NCBI GenBank assembly: GCA_945870025.1
Contig: CAMBQN010000008.1
Span: 34,666-98,665 of the forward strand
Reading direction: 5' to 3'
Source: Akkermansia muciniphila
GTDB taxonomy: Bacteria; Verrucomicrobiota; Kiritimatiellia; RFP12; JAAYNR01
Length of the DNA stretch: 64,000 bases
The notes under the pieces are model-generated. The model was not told where the DNA came from and made no database searches. It saw only the letters and a program-made list of their open reading frames with translations. Every line of letters begins with the position of its first letter. The stretch's first letter is position 1. The translations under genes were made by a program, and so were the position numbers. This document shows positions 1 through 10,406 of the stretch, piece after piece.

Positions 1-1
1 T

Positions 2-1810
2 TTCGACTGGCTGCACCTCGTCGTGGAGAAACTGGGCAAGGCCGGCATCGCCACCATTCTCGGCACGCCGACTCCCACGCCACCGGCCTGGCTGACGGAG
101 CGCTACCCGGAAGTCCTGATAGTGGCCGATGTGGCCGCAGGTGTGCGCGCCCAGCACGGCGCGCGCGCCCATGCCTGCCAGAACAATCCCGTGTATCGCG
201 AACTCGGCGCCGGCGTTGTCACCCGCCTGGCGGAGGGATTCGGGCGCGACCCGAACGTCATCGGCTGGCAGGTGGATAATGAAGTCTATGCGACCAACTG
301 CCGCTGCCCCGTGTGTGTGCGCAAGTTCCGCGAAAGGTTGCGCGCCAAGTACGGCAGCATCGACGCGCTCAATCAAGCGTGGGGCCTCGGTACCTGGAGC
401 CAGTGCTTCCAGTCTTTCGAACAGATCCCCTTTCCCCGTAAGGATACCTGGCACCACCCGTCGTTGAAGAACGCCTGGTCGTCTTTCCAGTCTGATTCGG
501 CGGTGGAACATGTGATGGCGCAGGTCGCCATCCTGCGGCGGTTGACGAAGGGCCAGCCGATCGGCACGGACATGATGCAGTGGCCGGGGGTCAATCACTT
601 CGATATGAACCAGGGGCTGGACGTGGTGCAGTATAATCACTACGACACCATGCAGAACCTGTGGGAATCGATCTTCCTATGCGACTCCTACCGTCCGCTG
701 AAGGCGCGCCCATTCTGGTGCACCGAGACCTCGACCTGCTGGAATGGCGGGACCACGGCAGGCGGAGGCTACCGCGAGCCGGGATTCTGCCGCGTCAACT
801 CCTGGCTGCCGATTGCGCTGGGCGGCGAGGCGAATCTGTACTGGCTCTGGCGCTCGCATGGCAGCGGCCAGGAGCTCATGCACGGATCGGTCATATCGAG
901 TTGCGGACGCCCGCTGCACATTTTCGGCGAGGTTCAGGAGATTGCCCGGGGGTTCCGTGCCGCCTCCGGCTTCCTAAACGAAATGCGCCCTGTGGTCAGC
1001 CCCGTGGCGCTGCACCTCTCCACACGCTCCTGGGAGATGTCCTGGGCACAACCCATGGTCCAGAACTTCTCGTATAATCGTCAACTGCTCGATGTCTATC
1101 ATCTGCTGCTGCAGTTGCAGTTGCGGCCGGACGTGATCCATCCAGCGGCCGCGCTCGATGCGTATCGGGTGATTGTCTCGCCCTGCCTGACCATGCTGGA
1201 CGAGGGCGGACTGCGCGAGCGCCTGCGCACCTGGATCGAGGCCGGTGGCACGTGGGTGACGGGGCCGCTCACGGACGTGCGAACCATCGAAGCGTCCAAG
1301 TTCACGCATGCGCCGTTCGGCTCCCTGGAGGAATGGGCCGGCGTCTACTGTAAGTACGACATCCCGGCGGATCCGCGCGGCTTCAGCATGCGCTGGGCCG
1401 ACGGCACGGAGTCGAAGGGATCCATCTGGCACAGCGGATTCGAACTGCGCGGCGCCGAAGCACTGGCAACGTATACCGAAAACGAACTGGCGGGGCTGGC
1501 GGCCGTCACGTGCCGGCGCATGGGCAAAGGGAGGGTGATTGCTCTGGGGACCATGCTGCCACCGGAGGAGATGACGCGGTTGCTGCAGCGTCTGACCAGC
1601 GAAGCCGGTATTGAGCCAGTGGCCACGGCCTCAGCCAATGTGCTGGTAGCCCCGCGCACCGGCGCGGCGGAAGGGATGGTCGTCGTCGAGCACGAGCATA
1701 AGCCCGGCAGCCTGACACTGCCACAGCCCATGACCGATCTGCTCACGGGCAAGCGGCATGAGGGTGTGGTCGCGCTGGAACCCTACGCGGTGATGGTGCT
1801 GAAGGCGTAA
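2..1810 (+). CDS. GH42 beta-galactosidase, 5'-truncated at the window edge
   Basis: The frame is open from position 2 (FDWLHLVVEKLG...). GH42 motifs are present: IATILGTPTPTPPAWL, YPEVL, GWQVDNEV, and the Cys cluster CRCPVC (C-x-C-x2-C). Confidence 0.8.
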   Translation, partial: FDWLHLVVEKLGKAGIATILGTPTPTPPAWLTERYPEVLIVADVAAGVRAQHGARAHACQNNPVYRELGAGVVTRLAEGFGRDPNVIGWQVDNEVYATNCRCPVCVRKFRERLRAKYGSIDALNQAWGLGTWSQCFQSFEQIPFPRKDTWHHPSLKNAWSSFQSDSAVEHVMAQVAILRRLTKGQPIGTDMMQWPGVNHFDMNQGLDVVQYNHYDTMQNLWESIFLCDSYRPLKARPFWCTETSTCWNGGTTAGGGYREPGFCRVNSWLPIALGGEANLYWLWRSHGSGQELMHGSVISSCGRPLHIFGEVQEIARGFRAASGFLNEMRPVVSPVALHLSTRSWEMSWAQPMVQNFSYNRQLLDVYHLLLQLQLRPDVIHPAAALDAYRVIVSPCLTMLDEGGLRERLRTWIEAGGTWVTGPLTDVRTIEASKFTHAPFGSLEEWAGVYCKYDIPADPRGFSMRWADGTESKGSIWHSGFELRGAEALATYTENELAGLAAVTCRRMGKGRVIALGTMLPPEEMTRLLQRLTSEAGIEPVATASANVLVAPRTGAAEGMVVVEHEHKPGSLTLPQPMTDLLTGKRHEGVVALEPYAVMVLKA

Positions 1811-1811
1811 T

Positions 1812-1829
1812 ACCCGGGCGTCACCGGGT
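1812..1829. terminator. Possible bidirectional terminator hairpin (acccgg-gcgtca-ccgggt) between convergent GH42 and GH3
   Basis: A perfect 6-bp inverted repeat lies 2 nt after the GH42 stop. There is no clear T-tract. Confidence 0.25.
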
Positions 1830-1878
1830 CACCCAGTCACCGCGTCCTCCCCCTGTAGCACTGCGTTTCCCGACATTC

Positions 1879-3873
1879 TCAGATCACCAGCTTCCCCTCC
1901 AGCCGCATCTCCTGCGCACTGGCCCCAACCCAAATCCGGAACTCGCCGGGCTCCACCACCCACTCCTGTCTGGCGACATCGAAAAATGCAAACGCGCGCC
2001 GGTCGAGCGAGACCGTGGTCTCCTGCTCCTGCCCGGGCTCGAGCACTAGCCGCGCGAACCCTTTCAGCTCCTTCACGGGGCGCGGCACGGAGGCCTGCAC
2101 GTCGCCGACATAGACCTGCGCCACCTCGGCGCCAGCCCGCGCGCCGGTGTTGCGCACGTGGAAAGTGACGTCCGCACCGCCGGCCGCATTCGGTTTCACG
2201 CGCAGCGCGGAGTAGTCAAAGGTCGTGTACGACAACCCGAACCCAAACGGGAAGAGCGGCGTCTTGCCGTTGCGGTCAAAGTGGCGGTGTCCGACGAAGA
2301 TCCCCTCCGCATAGTTCACGTCGAACGTCGCCCGGCACTGGCTGGTGTAATCGGGTTCGTTGTAGAACGACGCGCCGGCCGGGATGTAATTCCCGTACGC
2401 GGCGGCATCCGACCAGGAGCGCTCGATCGTGATCGGCAGGTGGCCGGACGGATTGACCTTGCCAAACAGGATCTCGGCAATCGCCTGACAGCCATTCTCG
2501 CCCGGGTACCAGGCGTGCAGCACAGCGGCGGTGCCGTCAATCCACGACGCCATCTCCACGCCCCCACCCGCCACCACCACCACGATCGTGTTCGGGTTGT
2601 GCGCCATGCAATGGCGGATCATGTTCACGTCGCGCTGCCAGTGCAGCTCCCACGGCCGGTCATACCCCTCGTGCTCGCTCTCCGCGCTGAGCCCGACGCA
2701 GACGACTACCGCCGCGGCCTGCTTCAGATCGTCGGGCCAATCGCGGCGCGTAACCGTTACATCCGGGCCGACCATGCGACTGATCGCACCCAGAATCGTC
2801 ACCGGCTCAATGGCATTCACGCGCGCCGAGCCACCGCCGCTGGTCGGCGTCGGGCAAGCGGCTGGGCCCACGACAGTCAGGCGCGAACCCGGCGGAAGGT
2901 TCAGCGGCAGCAACCCCTCGCGGTTGCGCAGCAGCACGATCCCCTCGCGGGCGGTTTGCAGCGCCACCTCCGCATGCGCGGCACACTTGCCACGCGGCGC
3001 CTGGGTTCGACGCGCCTTCATCTGGTCAATCTCCAGCGTCCACGCCAGCACTTGAAGCACCTTGCGATCCAGTTCCGCCTCCGTAACGCGGCCACTATCG
3101 AGCAGCTCCTTCAGCGCCTTGGCGCCCCAGCGCTTGCCGCCGGGCATTTCCAGATCCATCCCGGCCTGGAAGGCCTTCGCGCCATCCCAGATGCCTTCCC
3201 AGTCCGACATCGCCACGCCATCGAAACCCCAGTCCTCGCGCAGGACCTTGTGGACCAGCCACCGGTTCTCCGCAGCGTACTCGCCATTGACCAGATTGTA
3301 GCTCGTCATCAGCGCGCGCGTCCCGCCCTCGCGGATGGCGGCCTCAAACGCCGGCAGATAGAGTTCGCGCAAGGTGCGTTCATCCACCACCGAATTGCTG
3401 CACGAGCGGTGCCAGTCGCTGTTGTTGGCGGCAAAGTGCTTGATCGTTGTAGAGACGCCCTCGGCCTGTGCGGCGCGGATATACGACGTCACCATCTGGC
3501 TCGCCAGGCAGGGATCTTCCCCGAGATACTCGAAGTTGCGGCCGCAGTAGGCGCTGCGATACATGTTCACGCCCGGCCCGAGCAGCACATCCATGCCGGC
3601 GGCGCGGAACTCCTCGGCCACGGCCTGACCGTAAGCAGCCGCCTGATCGCGGTTCCATGTAGCGGCCAGAGCGATAGATGCCGGGAACGCCGTGGCCGGG
3701 ATCGCGTCATCGCGCAATCCCATGCTGGCATCGGCCATGTGGAGCTTGCGAACGCCCAGGCGCGGCACGCCGCGCGTCCACATCCCGTCCACGCCATGGA
3801 TCAAATCAATCTTCTCGTCACGTGTCATCGCAACCAGCAACCGCTGCGCTTCCTGTCGAATCGTATCGTGCAT
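1879..3873 (-). CDS. GH3 beta-glucosidase (BglX-like)
   Basis: GH3 motifs are present: KHFAANN, GFDGVAMSDWEG, and a C-terminal FN3-like region. Length is 664 aa. Confidence 0.85.
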   Translation of the reverse strand: MHDTIRQEAQRLLVAMTRDEKIDLIHGVDGMWTRGVPRLGVRKLHMADASMGLRDDAIPATAFPASIALAATWNRDQAAAYGQAVAEEFRAAGMDVLLGPGVNMYRSAYCGRNFEYLGEDPCLASQMVTSYIRAAQAEGVSTTIKHFAANNSDWHRSCSNSVVDERTLRELYLPAFEAAIREGGTRALMTSYNLVNGEYAAENRWLVHKVLREDWGFDGVAMSDWEGIWDGAKAFQAGMDLEMPGGKRWGAKALKELLDSGRVTEAELDRKVLQVLAWTLEIDQMKARRTQAPRGKCAAHAEVALQTAREGIVLLRNREGLLPLNLPPGSRLTVVGPAACPTPTSGGGSARVNAIEPVTILGAISRMVGPDVTVTRRDWPDDLKQAAAVVVCVGLSAESEHEGYDRPWELHWQRDVNMIRHCMAHNPNTIVVVVAGGGVEMASWIDGTAAVLHAWYPGENGCQAIAEILFGKVNPSGHLPITIERSWSDAAAYGNYIPAGASFYNEPDYTSQCRATFDVNYAEGIFVGHRHFDRNGKTPLFPFGFGLSYTTFDYSALRVKPNAAGGADVTFHVRNTGARAGAEVAQVYVGDVQASVPRPVKELKGFARLVLEPGQEQETTVSLDRRAFAFFDVARQEWVVEPGEFRIWVGASAQEMRLEGKLVI

Positions 3874-3885
3874 GAGATCCTTCCC

Positions 3886-5718
3886 CTACTCCACCCCCGG
3901 GCTGAAGCCTTCCTCAATCAGCGCCATGAACCCCAGCAGGCCGCCCCAATGGTAGAGGGCATCGCTGCTGGTGGTCTTGTCACACCCCTCGCCGGTATCG
4001 GCGTTGTAGTTCTCATGGACGTGGCCCTTCTCCTGCCACTCCTTCAGAATGAGCGCCTTGGACTTCTCCACGAGATCGCGCCGCGCCTGATCCAGCGGAT
4101 AATTCCGCATGCCCAGGTAGACCAAGAAGTTCATGGGCGCCCAGATCCGTCCGCGCCAGTACATTTGATCGGCATAGGCCGGATCGTCGCGGCTGATGGA
4201 GGGCATGATCCAGTCGCCCCAGAACTTCTTCGGATTGTAGAAATGCTCCTCGATCATTCGCTGCGCCTGCTCCGGCGTGGCCACCCGGGCCAGCAAGGCG
4301 TAGAAGTTGGTCGGCGAAATGCGCGGACTCAGCTCGCCGGTGTCGGTGCGCTTGTTCAGGAACATCCCCGCCACGTCATCCCACAACGGCTGCAGGTTCT
4401 TCCGGTATAGGTCGGCCCGGTCGCGCAGTTCCTTCTCCTCCGCGGTCCGGCCGATGATCGCCGCACAATCGGCCAGGCATTCGCAATCCGCTACGTAGAG
4501 CGAGGTCAGCCCCACGTCGGCCAAGGCCATCTGATGCCGCTGGGCATCGAACGGGATCCCGTCGTACATGGGCGAGTTATCGAGGCCCGACTCCAGCACC
4601 GAAGCGAACAGGATGTTGGAAAAGGCATTCGAATGCCCCGGGATCGTAGGCTCGCACGGCGTGGAACCCCAGCAGAGCAGGCCGCCCGTGTCACGATGCG
4701 CGGGCCACCAGCGGTTCCACCGAAGCAGGGCCGGAAAGACCTGCTCCACCAGCCACTGGTCGCCAAACTTCCGGTAGAGCATCTTCAGCGTGATCGATCC
4801 AACCGGCGGCTGGGAGCGGTCATTCGACTTGAAGCCGCAGCCGCGGGAGTCGTTCGGCACGAAGCCGGCCGGGGAGGCTTCACCGGTGATCTCGATCAGG
4901 TTGGAGTAAGCCAGTTCGCGACTGTCGAGCCCGGCCATGGCGGCCGCGAAGTAGGTATCCCAGCAGAACAGCATGTAGCCGCCGCCCAGGACGTTCCAGT
5001 TCCGGCTGACGGTCGAAACCACGCGATCCTTCTGCGGCTCATAGATCGTATCCCACGCCAGCGAAGCCTGTACCGGCTCAAAGACCGCGGCCAACGCGCC
5101 GAAGCGCTGCGTGCTCTGCCGCAGGGCTTCCAGACGCCGCGCCACGATCGCGCGGATCTCATCGCCGGTCCGTGCGCGGCCCGTGGACACCAGCACCGGC
5201 TTGTCCAACGGAATCGCCAGGTACGGAGTCTGCGTCTGAATATTGTATTCTTCGACCGGATCATTGACACTGACAACCTGGATCGTCCGCGAGGGGGCCT
5301 CGCACTGCAGCGTGTTCCCCACACGCTTCAGGCTTCCCGTCCGGTTCCAGAGCATGCCGGATTCGAGCACCAGCAGCGGCGCCGGCGTATGCGCCGACTC
5401 CGGCGTGACCAGCAGCACCCAATCGCCCTCCTCGACGGCGGTCTGAACCCGAATCTTAACGCCGCGCCATTCCAGGTGGACTTCCGTGTACGATCCGTCC
5501 GTCGCGTGCGGACCCGGGCGGACGTGCTCCTCCTCATGCCCGCCCTTGCCGAACAGCGCCTCCTTCAAGTGAACGCCGTCAATCGGATGGCGAAGTCCGA
5601 GATTGATGGCAAACGCTTCCGGCAGCAACACGTGCGAGAGCACACTGCGCGTGTTCCACGTGTTCCAGCCGCGGGCGAGGCCGGCTTTTAGGTCTTCGTA
5701 CTGCTTAAACATAACCAA
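3886..5718 (-). CDS. (alpha/alpha)6 six-hairpin glycoside hydrolase, GH63/mannosylglycerate-hydrolase-like
   Basis: A 610 aa ORF is tightly packed between GH3 and GH29. It has an N-terminal beta-sandwich plus a C-terminal helical barrel, with YWRGRIWAPMNFLVYLG and WDTYF segments typical of GH63/GH37-like enzymes. Family assignment is uncertain. Confidence 0.5.
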   Translation of the reverse strand: MVMFKQYEDLKAGLARGWNTWNTRSVLSHVLLPEAFAINLGLRHPIDGVHLKEALFGKGGHEEEHVRPGPHATDGSYTEVHLEWRGVKIRVQTAVEEGDWVLLVTPESAHTPAPLLVLESGMLWNRTGSLKRVGNTLQCEAPSRTIQVVSVNDPVEEYNIQTQTPYLAIPLDKPVLVSTGRARTGDEIRAIVARRLEALRQSTQRFGALAAVFEPVQASLAWDTIYEPQKDRVVSTVSRNWNVLGGGYMLFCWDTYFAAAMAGLDSRELAYSNLIEITGEASPAGFVPNDSRGCGFKSNDRSQPPVGSITLKMLYRKFGDQWLVEQVFPALLRWNRWWPAHRDTGGLLCWGSTPCEPTIPGHSNAFSNILFASVLESGLDNSPMYDGIPFDAQRHQMALADVGLTSLYVADCECLADCAAIIGRTAEEKELRDRADLYRKNLQPLWDDVAGMFLNKRTDTGELSPRISPTNFYALLARVATPEQAQRMIEEHFYNPKKFWGDWIMPSISRDDPAYADQMYWRGRIWAPMNFLVYLGMRNYPLDQARRDLVEKSKALILKEWQEKGHVHENYNADTGEGCDKTTSSDALYHWGGLLGFMALIEEGFSPGVE

Positions 5719-7044
5719 TTATTTCAGCATGAATTCGACGACCGGGATTACCGTTTGGGGCGGCTTCTGAGGCAGCGTGATGGCCAGCGCCGTGGATGAG
5801 ATGCCGCAAATTTCAGCCCGTTCCTTTTGCCAATCATCCAGACCGCGCAGGGCGACCTCGGAGCCGTCGTGGAGCAGTTGGGCATACGCCACGGGCGGCA
5901 TCCCCTCGATGTAGACGGTCTTGTACGGCCAGGCGAAGAGGTGCAGGTAGATCCGGCGCGTCTGCGGATTATAGGTCAGGCGGCAGTCCGGCGGGCACTT
6001 GATCCCCTCGGGTGCGGCCGTGCAGCCATGGATGGCACGGCTGTGATAGCGCATCCACTCCGCGTAAGCCTGGAGCCGCGCCACGGCGCGGTAATCAAAC
6101 AGGCCACGCGACGTAGGCCCGACGTTCATCAGCAGATTGCCCCCCTTGGCCACGCAATCCACCAGCGTGCGAATCAGCTCCTCAGGGCTGCGCCAGCTCT
6201 CCTCATCCCGGTTATACCCCCAGGAGCCAGAGAACGTCTGACAGGCTTCCCACACCACCGGCTGGCCGTTTTTGATCAACTGCTTGCCGGGCTGGAACTG
6301 CTCGGGGGTGACGACATCGCCCACGCCGGGGAGGTCAAGCCGGTCATCCACAATCACATCCGGCTGCAGTTTGCGCACCATCTTGATCAGCTTCTCGGAT
6401 TCCCAGTCATTTCGTCCCTTGCCGTCTTCGCCGGGGTAGGAGAAGTCGAACCAGAGGATATCGATCTTGCCGAACTGGGTCAGCAGCTCCTTCACCTGAT
6501 CGCGCATGTATGCCGCGTATTTGCGCACATCGCGGTGCTTGGCCTTCTCGCGCGCCTCCTTGTCGCCCCGCTGCGGGTGGATCTTATCGATCGGGAACTC
6601 CGGGTGATGCCAGTCGATGAGCGAGTAATAGAAGCCCACCCGTATCCCTTCGGCGCGGAAAGCCTCGACCAGCGGCCGCAACAGGTCCTTACCGCACGTC
6701 GTTTGGGTTGCCTTGTAATCGGTATGCTTGGAATCCCAGAGGCAGAACCCCTCGTGGTGCTTGGTGGTGATGACGAAATACTTCATCCCCGCTTCCCGGG
6801 CCAGGCGCGCCCACTCCTTGGGGTTGTACAGGTCGGGATTGAAGTAGTCGAAATACTTCTGGTACCCCTCGTTCGTGATGTTCTCCCAGTTGCGGATCCA
6901 CTCATGCCGGGCCGGCATGGAATAGAGACCCCAATGGATAAACATGCCAAACCGAGCCTGAGTGAACCACGACGTATCCCCCTGCCCGAACGGCGCCGCC
7001 GCCGGCTGCGCCACTCCTGCCGCTTTCTTCGTAGCCATGATCAT
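5719..7044 (-). CDS. GH29 alpha-L-fucosidase
   Basis: The GMFIHWGLYS hallmark is present, as are ILWFDFSYPG and HHEGFCLWDS. Length is 441 aa. Confidence 0.85.
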   Translation of the reverse strand: MIMATKKAAGVAQPAAAPFGQGDTSWFTQARFGMFIHWGLYSMPARHEWIRNWENITNEGYQKYFDYFNPDLYNPKEWARLAREAGMKYFVITTKHHEGFCLWDSKHTDYKATQTTCGKDLLRPLVEAFRAEGIRVGFYYSLIDWHHPEFPIDKIHPQRGDKEAREKAKHRDVRKYAAYMRDQVKELLTQFGKIDILWFDFSYPGEDGKGRNDWESEKLIKMVRKLQPDVIVDDRLDLPGVGDVVTPEQFQPGKQLIKNGQPVVWEACQTFSGSWGYNRDEESWRSPEELIRTLVDCVAKGGNLLMNVGPTSRGLFDYRAVARLQAYAEWMRYHSRAIHGCTAAPEGIKCPPDCRLTYNPQTRRIYLHLFAWPYKTVYIEGMPPVAYAQLLHDGSEVALRGLDDWQKERAEICGISSTALAITLPQKPPQTVIPVVEFMLK

Positions 7045-7202
7045 TTCCTTTCGTCACGCATGTCTGGCACTGTCCAGTGTGCCTGAAAGATACAACAAAA
7101 AAGAGAGGCATTGTAGCACAGTCGCTCCGGGTTGCGTAGAGGTTTTTGTCCGACCCGGCGCGGCGGGGCGCCTCACCCTTCATGACGCCGAAAACTTTTC
7201 AG

Positions 7203-8936
7203 TCATAGAGGCTTTGTGGCTTCAACTTCCGGTTTTAGAATAACCGGAATCTCCACAATCGACACCGAGCGTCGCGGGAAGGTGACGCGCAACTTGCCGC
7301 CGGTAACCGCGACCGGCTGGCTGCGCTCGGTCATCCAGCCTTTTCGCACGGCCACCTGATCCTCCGGCGTACCCTCGAGCAGGTGCTGCACGGACTTGCC
7401 ATCGGGTGGTGACAGCGCGGTGAGATCCAACTCCGCCTCCTGGTCGGCATCAAAGGCGCGGTTGATGGCATGCACGAAGACGGCCTTGTCACTGCGCGTG
7501 GCCACCACGTCCAGCAGGGCCACCTTCGGTCGGGCATAGGGCCAGTTGATCTGATAGGGCTGAGCTACGACCGGCACATGGGTGGCCTGAATGGCCAGCA
7601 GACGATCGCCGTGGTGCAGGTTGTAAAAAGTGGTCGCCGCGCCCTGCGCGTTGTAGTGTGCGGGCATCTTCCCGGTTGGATCCACGCGAATGGCGGCAAT
7701 CCCCCAGGAGTGCCCCACGAGCATGGACTGATTCGCGATATGAATCACGTCGGCATGCCGCAACAAACCGTTCAGAAACCCGGCGCAGCCGATCGCGGCC
7801 GCATGACGCCAGTCCAGGCCGTCACCCAGACTGACTGCCTCCTTGCCACTCCACCCGTTCCAATTCCACTCCGTCGAAGCGATTTCATAGCCGTACGTCT
7901 GCAACCCGCTGCCGAACCCCTGACAGTTGCCCGCGTCATCGAAGAAGCCCGGCATCGTGGCCCAGGCCAACCACCAGTCAGAAGATTTCATGGATTCGCG
8001 CGGCACCGGTTTGCCCTCCAGCTTTGCATCCGACACGCTGCCAAACGGCGAATAGAAGTGATGCGTAAGATAACGGACGCGCTTCTTGATTTCGGGATCG
8101 ACATACAACTGAGCCTCAACAGGAAACCCGACCTGAGCATCTGCAATGAACTCGATAGTCGGATCCACCGCGCGCATGGCCTCCACATACGCGATCAGGC
8201 ACTCCCGATACCACGGGAGCAGCACGTCCACCTTGTCGCTGCCGAGCGCCTTCTTTACCTCCTGCGGAAAGCGGCCGCACCACCACTCGTTCCCGATCTG
8301 GAAGATCTTCACACCGTACGGCGCTGGATGTCCGTTCTTCGTGCGCACGGTTGGCCAGTCCGGCATGCCGTCCGGGAGCTTCGCGCCCACCGGCGCGTTG
8401 GCGTAGGCCACCAGCCCGGCCGCGTGCTGCGCGGCCTCGGCCAGCGGCTTCTTCTTCGCCAGCGCGTCGAGAAAGTTGACAACCAGAATGCTGTCCCATT
8501 TGAGGTCCGCGGCCAGGCGCAGGTATTCATCGTAACCAAAGCGGTTGGCGATCTTGTGCCCCTGGTGCCCCGTGGTCATTGGCCGTTCCGGCGCACGGCC
8601 CGGCACGTTCGACACCATGTCCGTCCAATCGATGAAGTCAATATCCGTCCCGCCCGGGAACCGCACAATCGGAATCCGCATGGCGCGCAGCATCTCCACG
8701 ACGTCTGCCGACAAATTCCCGTTCGTGCCGGCCGCAATCTCCGGTCCCGTCTCGCCCCAACTCGGACGCTCCAGAAACTGCCCAAAGAGGCGGTGATCGA
8801 TCTTGTGTAGTGCATTCGTTTCCACGCGGATGCGGATGGGCTCGCGGGCTTCCGCGCTTTGCGCGGCACCAGCAACCAGAGCTAACGATGCGATCATGAT
8901 GGCTCCCAGAGATTGTCGGTTCGGATGTGACCTCAT
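7203..8936 (-). CDS. Secreted clan GH-A (beta/alpha)8 glycoside hydrolase, GH51 arabinofuranosidase-like
   Basis: A signal peptide is present (MRSHPNRQSLGAIMIASLALVAGAAQSAEA). VRFPGGTDIDFIDW and FQIGNEWWCG match a GNE-type acid/base motif. A C-terminal beta-sandwich follows. Confidence 0.55.
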   Translation of the reverse strand: MRSHPNRQSLGAIMIASLALVAGAAQSAEAREPIRIRVETNALHKIDHRLFGQFLERPSWGETGPEIAAGTNGNLSADVVEMLRAMRIPIVRFPGGTDIDFIDWTDMVSNVPGRAPERPMTTGHQGHKIANRFGYDEYLRLAADLKWDSILVVNFLDALAKKKPLAEAAQHAAGLVAYANAPVGAKLPDGMPDWPTVRTKNGHPAPYGVKIFQIGNEWWCGRFPQEVKKALGSDKVDVLLPWYRECLIAYVEAMRAVDPTIEFIADAQVGFPVEAQLYVDPEIKKRVRYLTHHFYSPFGSVSDAKLEGKPVPRESMKSSDWWLAWATMPGFFDDAGNCQGFGSGLQTYGYEIASTEWNWNGWSGKEAVSLGDGLDWRHAAAIGCAGFLNGLLRHADVIHIANQSMLVGHSWGIAAIRVDPTGKMPAHYNAQGAATTFYNLHHGDRLLAIQATHVPVVAQPYQINWPYARPKVALLDVVATRSDKAVFVHAINRAFDADQEAELDLTALSPPDGKSVQHLLEGTPEDQVAVRKGWMTERSQPVAVTGGKLRVTFPRRSVSIVEIPVILKPEVEATKPL

Positions 8937-9033
8937 TGCGCAATTACCTCCTGCACTCTACCCTCCTTGCAGATGAGACGGAGCGCCAGATAATGGACGC
9001 TCCATCTCCTAGGAACCTGTGGCCACCACGCCC

Positions 9034-10203
9034 TCAAGCGAACTCTAGACAGCGCTTGCGGTAGTGCATGTAGTTCTCGAAACTCACTTCCTCAGGCACA
9101 CCGTGGTCGCAGGTTGGCGTATAGCCGCCGCGCGCCTGCATGGCCGGGAAGATGCGATCCACCATCGCATCAATCGCCGTGGGCCCCTGCGCGAGCACAC
9201 GCTTGTCAACCCCGCCCGACATCACCAGCCAGGGGTATTGCTTGCCGATTTCGACCACATCGCACCCGGACGCCACTTCGAAGGGACTCATCACATCCAC
9301 CCCAATCTCCCGATAGAGCGGAATAACCGGATTGCAGTAGCCGTCGGTATCGATCTGGAAGAAGACATGCCGGCGCTTATCGATGTTCCGGCGCTTGATG
9401 TTGGTGTAAAGCTGCTGGTAGTAGGGAAACAGGAATTCCCGGATCATGTCCGGCGAAATCAGCGAGCCATGGTTGTAGCAGATATCTTCCCCGAAAAAGA
9501 GTTCGTCAACAGTCACGAACTCCTGATGGCGCGCGGCCGCCGCGTCGGCCACGTCAAACCAGGCCCGCATGCAGTCATGGATCAGTTCCGGTTCGTCGTA
9601 GAACTTGTAGAGCAGGTCGCCGGGCCCAATGAGGCTCCGCAGGTACATGTAGCCGCCGGCGACATGTTGGGTGACGATCTGTCCCTCTGCGGCGCCGCTC
9701 AACGCCCCCTGACGAGTCTCTTCGATCTTGCCCCAGCGTGACGGTGTCTTCGGATCCAGCCTCCATTTGCACTTCTCGATCCAGGACTTCATGTCCTTGA
9801 CCGGGTGGTCCACATACTCCGGCATGAATCCGCTCCGGCGGCCCTTGAAGCAAAGCACCCCGCGGCCGGCATGATCCTGCACCAGCTCGTATTCGCCGCG
9901 GTCTTCCAGCACCTTCTCCTCGAAGGTGGGCGCAAAATCCGCCTCGCACCAACCGGCGCCCCACAGACCGCACCCGGCGTTACCCTTCTGGTATTGAAAC
10001 AACTCCCACATCCGCCCCCACGGGTCGTCTTTCGGAAGGTGCCCTTCGCCAATCCAGCGGTCCAGACAGTAGAAGCCGAACTCCTTCTGCAGGAACGGGG
10101 CGCCCGGCGTGATGGCATACGTATCGCGAATCTTGCGGGCCGCGGGCGACATCCGGTCGCGCGGCACCATCGCGTGAACTCCATCCTGGCTGCATTCACT
10201 CAT
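9034..10203 (-). CDS. Uroporphyrinogen decarboxylase (URO-D)-like family protein, paralog D
   Basis: The protein has a URO-D/MtaA-like fold. The start is placed at MSECSQDG because ggag lies 6 nt upstream. It is one of four divergent URO-D-like paralogs in the window. Confidence 0.65.
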   Translation of the reverse strand: MSECSQDGVHAMVPRDRMSPAARKIRDTYAITPGAPFLQKEFGFYCLDRWIGEGHLPKDDPWGRMWELFQYQKGNAGCGLWGAGWCEADFAPTFEEKVLEDRGEYELVQDHAGRGVLCFKGRRSGFMPEYVDHPVKDMKSWIEKCKWRLDPKTPSRWGKIEETRQGALSGAAEGQIVTQHVAGGYMYLRSLIGPGDLLYKFYDEPELIHDCMRAWFDVADAAAARHQEFVTVDELFFGEDICYNHGSLISPDMIREFLFPYYQQLYTNIKRRNIDKRRHVFFQIDTDGYCNPVIPLYREIGVDVMSPFEVASGCDVVEIGKQYPWLVMSGGVDKRVLAQGPTAIDAMVDRIFPAMQARGGYTPTCDHGVPEEVSFENYMHYRKRCLEFA

Positions 10204-10406
10204 GTTAAGCTCCTTTCCGTCCGCCACGCGAGCGCCCGCTACGGCAGACAGCCCTCGGCTCTCCGGTAGTGGCGATCCTTTGTCTGTTTTCTTCTGCGGT
10301 CTTTCGTTCGACATTCAGAGTTCCTTGTTCGATATTCTGCGGTTCAGCAGCCTGGTCGGCACAACAACCGTGCTGATCAAACGCTAAGCCCGACAGGCTG
10401 CTAGGA

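Noticed and set aside
2158-4410. 750-aa plus-strand ORF antisense to GH3 and the GH63-like gene
   Set aside because: It is R/A/G/P-rich with no recognisable domains. The minus-strand genes carry clear GH motifs. It is typical shadow-frame openness in high-GC DNA.
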